In this document: one piece after another, positions 58,452 through 64,000 of the stretch | How positions within the stretch are numbered: position 1 is the first letter of the stretch | Layout: the number at the start of each line of letters is the position of its first letter | NCBI GenBank assembly: GCA_963801035.1 | Contig: CAWDDF010000010.1 | Coordinates: forward strand, 212,496 to 276,495 | Direction of reading: 5' to 3' | Length of the DNA: 64,000 nt | Origin: an uncultured beta proteobacterium | Lineage (GTDB): Bacteria > Pseudomonadota > Gammaproteobacteria > Burkholderiales > Burkholderiaceae_F | Program-made: the position numbers and the translations under genes | The notes under the pieces: generated by a model | Databases searched by the model: none | The model's input: only the letters and a program-made list of their open reading frames with translations | What the model was told of the DNA's origin: nothing

Positions 58452-59429
58452 ATGGCCGACTTGTTCGTCAGCTATTCGCGCGAAGACAAGGCGCGGGCAG
58501 CCGAAGTCGTGCGTCTGCTTGAAGACTATGGGTGGGACGTTTTCTGGGATCAGGAAACGCGCGCGGGTGAGCTGTGGCCGGAGGTGCTCGAAGAAGAGCT
58601 CGGTAGGGCGCGCTGCCTGGTGGCGCTGTGGACCACTACCTCGATTGCGAGCCGCTGGGTTCGCATAGAGGCATACGAGGCGCTACAAAGCGAAAAGCTG
58701 GTACCGGTGCTGCTAGATAAAGTGCGGCCACCGCTCGAATTCCGGCAGACACAGACTTTCGATCTTATCGGCTGGAACGGTGACCGCGACGATGCTCGAC
58801 TAGCGCATTTTTTGGCAGATCTGACGTCACTTGTGAAGGCGCCCAGTTCAGACCGTGCGTCACCTCGAGCTCAGATCGTCGTTCCAACCACACTGCGTCG
58901 TCCGATGCCGCCCGCGACGCCAACGAATGAGGCGCATGCAGGCAGTGGCAAGGCCGATGCGCAATCTGCAGCGATTGGTTCCCAACCTCAGGAGACTCGC
59001 CGCTCTGCTTCTTCGTCGCGAGCTTCCGGGTCGACAGCTCCTTCCTCGCGCGGTCTCGTTATCGGTTTTGGCGTCACTGCGGCGGTCGCTGCTGCTGTCT
59101 GGTTGATCAGCACGATGGACTTTTCCGCCGAATCGAGTCCGCCGATCGAGGCAAAACAGTCGTTGCAGACAACACCGGCTGCACCGTCGACCAGCGTTGC
59201 CGCGCCGGTGCCTCCGACTGTCCAGCCAGCACCTGCCACGCCCCCGCCTGCTCAGACGGCTGCCATTGCCCCAGGTACATCCCCTCCGCAGGGTTCCAAA
59301 CCTGCTGCTAAGCAGCCGTCAAAGTTGCGGTCGTCTCGTTGCCTGGCGATCGAGGAAAAGTTTCAGCAAACCGGACAGATAACGGTGACCGAGCGAGACC
59401 TTCTTCGCAGCAAGGAGTGCCAATCGTGA
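58452..59429 (+). CDS. TIR-domain protein with TM helix and Pro/Ala-rich extracytoplasmic tail
   Basis: A GGAGG RBS precedes ATG 58452. The TIR domain is MADLFVSYSREDKARAAEVVRLLEDYGWDVFWDQETRAGELW…CLVALWTTTSIASRWVRIEAYEAL. The TM helix is LVIGFGVTAAVAAAVWLIS. A P/A/T-rich linker and a short Cys-containing C-terminus follow. Confidence 0.85.
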   Translation: MADLFVSYSREDKARAAEVVRLLEDYGWDVFWDQETRAGELWPEVLEEELGRARCLVALWTTTSIASRWVRIEAYEALQSEKLVPVLLDKVRPPLEFRQTQTFDLIGWNGDRDDARLAHFLADLTSLVKAPSSDRASPRAQIVVPTTLRRPMPPATPTNEAHAGSGKADAQSAAIGSQPQETRRSASSSRASGSTAPSSRGLVIGFGVTAAVAAAVWLISTMDFSAESSPPIEAKQSLQTTPAAPSTSVAAPVPPTVQPAPATPPPAQTAAIAPGTSPPQGSKPAAKQPSKLRSSRCLAIEEKFQQTGQITVTERDLLRSKECQS

Positions 59430-59437
59430 AAGCGTCG

Positions 59438-60742
59438 ATGATTGCCATTAGATCGCTCACGCAAGCGAGCCGATCGTGTCGCATAACTGTGCTCATCGCA
59501 TTCTGCGCAACTTCTATAGCGGGCTGCGCGGTGCCGCCGACTGCAGCTCCTCCGCCAGCGGCGGCGACTGCGCCGACGCCCGCACTAGCGCCACCGCCGG
59601 CCGCGCCCGCGCCGGTCGCAGTACCTAGCGCGCCGGCGCCCCCTGCAGTGCTGCCACTCGAAGATGCGCTGCTGGCAGCGGCCAACAACCTGTTTTCGAC
59701 GGCTTCAACCGCGCTCGCTGCGCCGCCCGCGCAAAGGGTCGTCGTGATCGATCCGCTGGTTGATGGTGTCTCGCATATACAAACTGTCACCACGCAGTCG
59801 CTTGAAACAAAAATCCAAGGACTGGTGAAAGCGAAGTACCCGGGCTTTGACGCGCAGCCGTTTTCGCGCGCGTCGGTAAGGCAGGCGCCGATCGTGCTCG
59901 TCGGAACTTTCACGGCGATCGATCTGAAGAACCAGACCGGCGGCGCGCGCGACGCTTTTCGCATCTGCTTGGCATTGGCCGATTTGAAGTCTGGGCTGAT
60001 CGTTGCAAAAGGGGTTGCCCGCGCAAAGATCGAAGGCGTGAACCTGACGCCGCTCCCGCATCTTCAGGATGCGCCGGCGTGGACTAAGGATCCTTCTGTC
60101 GACGCCTATGTCCGAACCTGCCAGGCAACGAAGCCAGGCGACCGCATTGACCCGGCATACCTGGACGGAATTCTCGCGGCCTCCTTGATCGCTGAAGCGA
60201 GCGACCTCTTCGACGCCGGCCGCTACCAGGAGGCAATCGACGTCTACCGCAGCGCACTTTCAACTCCCAAGGGCGATCAACTGCGCGTGCACAACGGCAT
60301 TTACAGCGCGAGCTGGAAGCTCGGCCGTCGCGCCGATGCCGAGCGCGCGTTCAGTGAAGCCGTAAGGGTAGGACTTGCGAACAATCGGCTGGGGGTGAAG
60401 TTTCTGTTCCGCCCCGGCACGACTGAGTTCGTGACCGATCCGCGACTGAACGCGCCGTATCCAATGTGGATGAGCCAGATTGCACAGCGCGCCACCGCAC
60501 AGGCTGCTTGCCTTCAAGTAGTCGGGCACACCAGTCCAACCGGACCTGAACCATTAAACGAGCGGCTGTCGGTGCTGCGGGCCGAGAATGTCAAGATTCG
60601 GCTCGAGCGCGAATCGCCAAAACTCAAAGGACGCATCATCGCAAGCGGCGCCGGCTCGCGAGAAAAACTCGTGGGCACCGGCACCGATGATGTGCGCGAT
60701 GCACTTGACCGGCGTGTCGAGTTCAAAGTCGTGCCCTGCTGA
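59438..60742 (+). CDS. Lipoprotein with Pro/Ala-rich linker, TPR-like segment and OmpA-like peptidoglycan-binding C-terminal domain
   Basis: The lipobox is in MIAIRSLTQASRSCRITVLIAFCATSIAGC. The OmpA_C pattern is LQVVGHTSPTGPEPLNERLSVLRAENV…ALDRRVEFKVV. It starts 9 nt after the TIR gene stop; an alternative GTG start overlaps that stop. Confidence 0.75.
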   Translation: MIAIRSLTQASRSCRITVLIAFCATSIAGCAVPPTAAPPPAAATAPTPALAPPPAAPAPVAVPSAPAPPAVLPLEDALLAAANNLFSTASTALAAPPAQRVVVIDPLVDGVSHIQTVTTQSLETKIQGLVKAKYPGFDAQPFSRASVRQAPIVLVGTFTAIDLKNQTGGARDAFRICLALADLKSGLIVAKGVARAKIEGVNLTPLPHLQDAPAWTKDPSVDAYVRTCQATKPGDRIDPAYLDGILAASLIAEASDLFDAGRYQEAIDVYRSALSTPKGDQLRVHNGIYSASWKLGRRADAERAFSEAVRVGLANNRLGVKFLFRPGTTEFVTDPRLNAPYPMWMSQIAQRATAQAACLQVVGHTSPTGPEPLNERLSVLRAENVKIRLERESPKLKGRIIASGAGSREKLVGTGTDDVRDALDRRVEFKVVPC

Positions 60743-60915
60743 GTTGCTTGCGTCAGTGCCTCATACCTCGGCGCGTCGTACGGTAACGTCGAAGAAGGAA
60801 TTGCCGAGGTAGTGGGCGTTGATCTTCCCGCCCGAACCGCGATCTGGCGATCGACTTCCCGCTTCACTGCAAGGTCTGCGAACCATGCGGGCAGCATTAC
60901 AAGGGACTGATTTAT

Positions 60916-60991
<76 letters not shown>

Positions 60992-61101
60992 TTTTGTACG
61001 TGAGTCACCGGATGGCGGTTGAGGCTTGCATGCTGCCGCCATCGCGAAGGGCGCGAAGTATAGCGGGCCGCTAGGGCCGCAGCGGCATAATCCCTCGCTA
61101 A

Positions 61102-62289
61102 ATGGTTGCGTCATCGTTCGACATTGCTGTGGTCGGTTCGGGGATTCCGGGACTGGCTGCCGCACTTGGGTTCGCTCAGCAAGGGCTTAGCGTTGCGTTA
61201 ATCGGACCTCGGCCGAAACCGCATGCGCCGACTGGTTCCGCACCGTTCGATCCGCGCATTTACGCGATGGCTCCGTCGAGCGTCGCGTTACTCGAAGCCC
61301 TCGGCGTTTGGGGCAGTATCGATCAGCAACGTGTGTGTGCAGTCGAGCACATGCGCGTCTTCGGGGACGACGGTCCGCAGCTCGCATTCGATGCCTATGG
61401 CGCGACGGTGGAGCGCCTTGCGACGATTGTCGAAGAACGCGAGCTGCTGCGCGTGCTCGATGCTGCCTGCGGCTTTCAGCCGACGATCAAACGGATCTCT
61501 TCGTCGTTCGTTTCATTCGCTGCAAACCCCGATGCAGTCGACGTCGCGCTCGAAGGCACATCAGTCGTTGTCAAGCTTCTGATCGGTGCCGACGGTGCGA
61601 ACTCTTCGGTGCGCGCAGCTGCCGGTATCAGTGCGACGATCAAGTCATACGATCAAACGGCAATCGTTGCGAATTTCGAGTGCACACGTCCGCATCTGAA
61701 CACCGCGTGGCAATGGTTCACCGACGAGGGTGTCGTGGCCCTACTGCCGCTTCCTGGCGAACGCGTGTCGCTGGTGTGGTCGGCACCTCAACAGCTTGCT
61801 TCCGAGCTGGCGGCGCTGGAGCCCAATCAATTGGCGACTCGAGTTGCCGAGCGCTGCGCGTCGACTGCGGGCGACTCGGCGAGCATCGGTCCGTTGACGG
61901 CAATCGGGTCGTCGCACACGTTCCCATTGCAACAGATCGCCGTGTCGCGTCTGATTGGCTCGCGCATGGCGCTGGTCGGCGATGCGGCGCACGTGATCCA
62001 TCCGCTTGCAGGTCAAGGACTCAATCTTGGATTGCAGGACGTCGCGCTGCTACACGACGTCATACGCGCGCGCGAGCCGTTTCGCGATGTTGGCGACCCC
62101 GTCGTGCTGAGACGTTACGAGAGGGGACGTGCCGAGGCACTCGGTTTGATGCGGTTTACGACCGACTCGCTGGCGCGTTTGTTCGCGTTCGACGACCCGC
62201 TGGTGCGCCGCTTGCGCAACGCCGGTTTGGCTGCCGTGAACCGCCTGAGTCCGCTGAAAAACGCCTTAATTCGCCGGGCGCTCGGTTGA
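61102..62289 (+). CDS. UbiH/UbiF/VisC/COQ6-family FAD-dependent monooxygenase
   Basis: The FAD dinucleotide fold is FDIAVVGSGIPGLAAALGFAQQG. The family motif is LVGDAAHVIHPLAGQGLNLGLQDV. Confidence 0.9.
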   Translation: MVASSFDIAVVGSGIPGLAAALGFAQQGLSVALIGPRPKPHAPTGSAPFDPRIYAMAPSSVALLEALGVWGSIDQQRVCAVEHMRVFGDDGPQLAFDAYGATVERLATIVEERELLRVLDAACGFQPTIKRISSSFVSFAANPDAVDVALEGTSVVVKLLIGADGANSSVRAAAGISATIKSYDQTAIVANFECTRPHLNTAWQWFTDEGVVALLPLPGERVSLVWSAPQQLASELAALEPNQLATRVAERCASTAGDSASIGPLTAIGSSHTFPLQQIAVSRLIGSRMALVGDAAHVIHPLAGQGLNLGLQDVALLHDVIRAREPFRDVGDPVVLRRYERGRAEALGLMRFTTDSLARLFAFDDPLVRRLRNAGLAAVNRLSPLKNALIRRALG

Positions 62290-62377
62290 ACTGGATCAAC
62301 GGCAGGTGGTCTACCCTGACTGCTGGCCCGCTCTCATTACACTCGCGGCTCGCCGCTGGATGCCGGAGATCAAAGAC

Positions 62378-63151
62378 ATGAAATGCCCGATTCGATTCGC
62401 TGCCGTGGCCGTGTGGTCGACCACGACGCTGCTGGCTTGCTCATTGGCCTTGGCACAGATGCCGGCGAAGCCGATCGACAACAAGAACGCCCCGGCTGCC
62501 GGCAGTCCGGAAGCGCAGGTTGCAGCGCGCTTTACCGAAAAATCCGGCGGGCAAAAGCCCGATCAAGTGTTCAAAGGCCGCGGTGGTTTGTACGAAGTGT
62601 TAATTGGCGGCCAGATTTATTACGTCGATTCCGATGTGTCCTTCGTACTTGCCGGGCGCATGTTTGATCCGCGCACTCGCGAAGACCTGACACAAAAGCG
62701 GCTCGACGTTGCGCTCAAGGTTGATTTCAAGTCGTTGCCGCTCGATCGCGCGGTGAAGACAGTGCGCGGCGACGGCTCGCGTGTGATGGTGACGTTCGAG
62801 GATCCTAACTGCGGCTACTGCAAGCGTCTTTGGCAGAGCATGGCTGAACTGAAGAACGTGACGATTTACACGTTCCTTTATCCGATCCTGTCTCCGGACT
62901 CGATGGAAAAATCGAAAGCGATCTGGTGTTCGAAGGATCGCGCTGCGAGCTGGGATGAGCACATGGTGCAGAACAAGACGCCGGCGGCGGCTGCAGCGGA
63001 TTGCAAGAATCCGCTCGAGCAGAATGTTGCTTTGGGTCAGCAACTCGGCATTAACGGCACGCCGACGATCGTGTTTGCCGACGGTACGCGCAGTGCCGGC
63101 GCGATGCCGGTGCCTGCCATCGAACAGCGTTTGGCTGCCGCTAAGAAATAG
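62378..63151 (+). CDS. DsbC/DsbG-family periplasmic thiol:disulfide interchange protein
   Basis: ATG 62378 follows a ggaga RBS. The signal peptide is MKCPIRFAAVAVWSTTTLLACSLALA. The CxxC active site is in FEDPNCGYCKRL. The C-terminus has GINGTPTIVF (cis-Pro loop region). Confidence 0.85.
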   Translation: MKCPIRFAAVAVWSTTTLLACSLALAQMPAKPIDNKNAPAAGSPEAQVAARFTEKSGGQKPDQVFKGRGGLYEVLIGGQIYYVDSDVSFVLAGRMFDPRTREDLTQKRLDVALKVDFKSLPLDRAVKTVRGDGSRVMVTFEDPNCGYCKRLWQSMAELKNVTIYTFLYPILSPDSMEKSKAIWCSKDRAASWDEHMVQNKTPAAAAADCKNPLEQNVALGQQLGINGTPTIVFADGTRSAGAMPVPAIEQRLAAAKK

Positions 63152-63164
63152 TTACTGCCAATAG

Positions 63165-64000
63165 TTAAGGCTGCGGCAGCAGCGATTCCGGCGTGCTGCC
63201 CTTTGGCACCAGTAGCCACGCCTGGCCCTCGTACTTTTGACGGCCCGCGCGCTCACCCGCCGCGGGCCCAAAGCCCCAGAAAAAATCGAACCGCAGCGGA
63301 CCGCGAATTGCGCCGCCCGTGTCCTGCGCCATCATCGGCCGCACAAGTGAAGCTTTTGAATCGCGGGCTTTTGAATCGGAAGCTTGCGAATTTGGATCGG
63401 TCGTTGCCAACACGACCGGCGCGCCGAGCGGAATGAAGCGCGCGTCAGCGGCGACCGAATACCCTGGCGTCAGCGCGACGCCAAGCGCGCCCAGCGGGCC
63501 GGCGCTGGCATTGCCCAGCGGCAGCTCGCGAAAGAACACGAAGCTGGAGTTGTAGTTCAGTGCTTCCTTCAAACGTGCCGGGTTACGTTGCGCCCAAGCC
63601 TTGATGCCTTGCATAGACGCCTGATCGATCGTCAATTGGCCCTGATCGACCAACCAGCGGCCGAGCGATCGGTACGGATGGCCGTTTTGATCGCCGTATC
63701 CGACGCGCACGGTTGTGCCGTCGTCAAACTGCACGCGCCCTGAGCCCTGGATCTGCAGGAAGAACGCTTCGATCGAATCGTCCACCCATAACAGCTCTTG
63801 CCCAGCCAATGCGTTGGAGTCGGTGATCTCCGCGCGAGTCGCATACGGAACGATGCGGCGCCCTTGTACCTTGCCGCGCAGGCGCATGTTGCCGAGCTCC
63901 GGATAAACGGACGCGAGGTCGACGACAATCAAGTCATCCGGCACGCGATAAATCGGGACCGCGTACTTGGCGGTGCGTACGCGGCTGCCGCGCAGCAAAG
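63165..64000 (-). CDS. mltA: Membrane-bound lytic murein transglycosylase A (partial, 5' end beyond right edge)
   Basis: The MltA/3D-domain pattern is VALTPGYSVAADARFIPLGAPVVLAT…MMAQDTGGAIRGPLRFDFFWGFG. The ORF stays open to the window edge. Confidence 0.85.
   Translation of the reverse strand, partial: LLRGSRVRTAKYAVPIYRVPDDLIVVDLASVYPELGNMRLRGKVQGRRIVPYATRAEITDSNALAGQELLWVDDSIEAFFLQIQGSGRVQFDDGTTVRVGYGDQNGHPYRSLGRWLVDQGQLTIDQASMQGIKAWAQRNPARLKEALNYNSSFVFFRELPLGNASAGPLGALGVALTPGYSVAADARFIPLGAPVVLATTDPNSQASDSKARDSKASLVRPMMAQDTGGAIRGPLRFDFFWGFGPAAGERAGRQKYEGQAWLLVPKGSTPESLLPQP
63351..63395. repeat. Imperfect 15-bp tandem triplication inside mltA
   Basis: The units are agcttttgaatcgcg / ggcttttgaatcgga / agcttgcgaatttgg. 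They encode NSQAS-DSKAR-DSKAS in the MltA linker on the minus strand. Confidence 0.5.

Noticed and set aside
59520-59660. Possible tandem DNA repeat or CRISPR-like periodicity in the GC-rich gcc/gcg/ccg stretches here and at 59150-59300
   Set aside because: These are low-complexity Pro/Ala-coding linkers in frame within two ORFs. There is no repeat-spacer structure. I saw no CRISPR array anywhere in the window.

Overview
High-GC window that looks betaproteobacterial (Burkholderiales-like), inferred from a Bug/TctC-type binding protein and the hemA-prfA-prmC-grxD gene order. Positions 1-24.7 kb hold ordinary chromosomal genes: grxD, prmC, prfA and hemA; an FMN reductase; a peptide-type ABC transporter operon with HutG-like and AstE-like amidohydrolases; a CheB-CheR-PAS-GAF histidine kinase with a receiver protein; and an IclR-controlled acyl-CoA ligase / MaoC hydratase / CaiB CoA-transferase / Bug operon. 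Positions 24.8-60.7 kb form an accessory block that ends at a tRNA-Phe(GAA) gene (60916-60991). It has no integrase or transposase but is dense in conflict/immunity-type domains. It contains three full TIR proteins, all with cytoplasmic TIR + TM + extracytoplasmic topology, plus one TIR remnant. It also contains an orphan pair of phage tail-tube (T4 gp19/TIGR02241-like) paralogs in an operon with one TIR, and a caspase-fold C14 protease next to a PGRP/AmpD-type amidase. A ~1.87k-aa protein combines two lipase-like modules, a macro-like module, CHAT and helical repeats. Further genes are TIR-CHASE2 + FecR + a SLOG-like protein + an SGNH hydrolase, a degenerate-CHAT / class III cyclase / STAND ATPase / TPR protein followed by a P450-like/Dyp peroxidase and a patatin phospholipase, and five genes rich in CCP/MauG-like di-haem c-type cytochromes. 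The strongest candidate for an undescribed system is the divergent gene pair at 46.5-58.2 kb (TIR-CHASE2/FecR sensing versus caspase/CHAT/lipase/amidase effectors). The tube-tube-TIR operon and the STAND-cyclase operon are further candidates. Positions 61-64 kb return to housekeeping genes (UbiH-family monooxygenase, DsbC/G, MltA). Caveat: I count about 16 apparent frameshifts, several visibly at short homopolymer runs, including one in prmC. This points to indel sequencing error rather than real pseudogenes. All domain calls come from reading motifs by eye; no searches were run.
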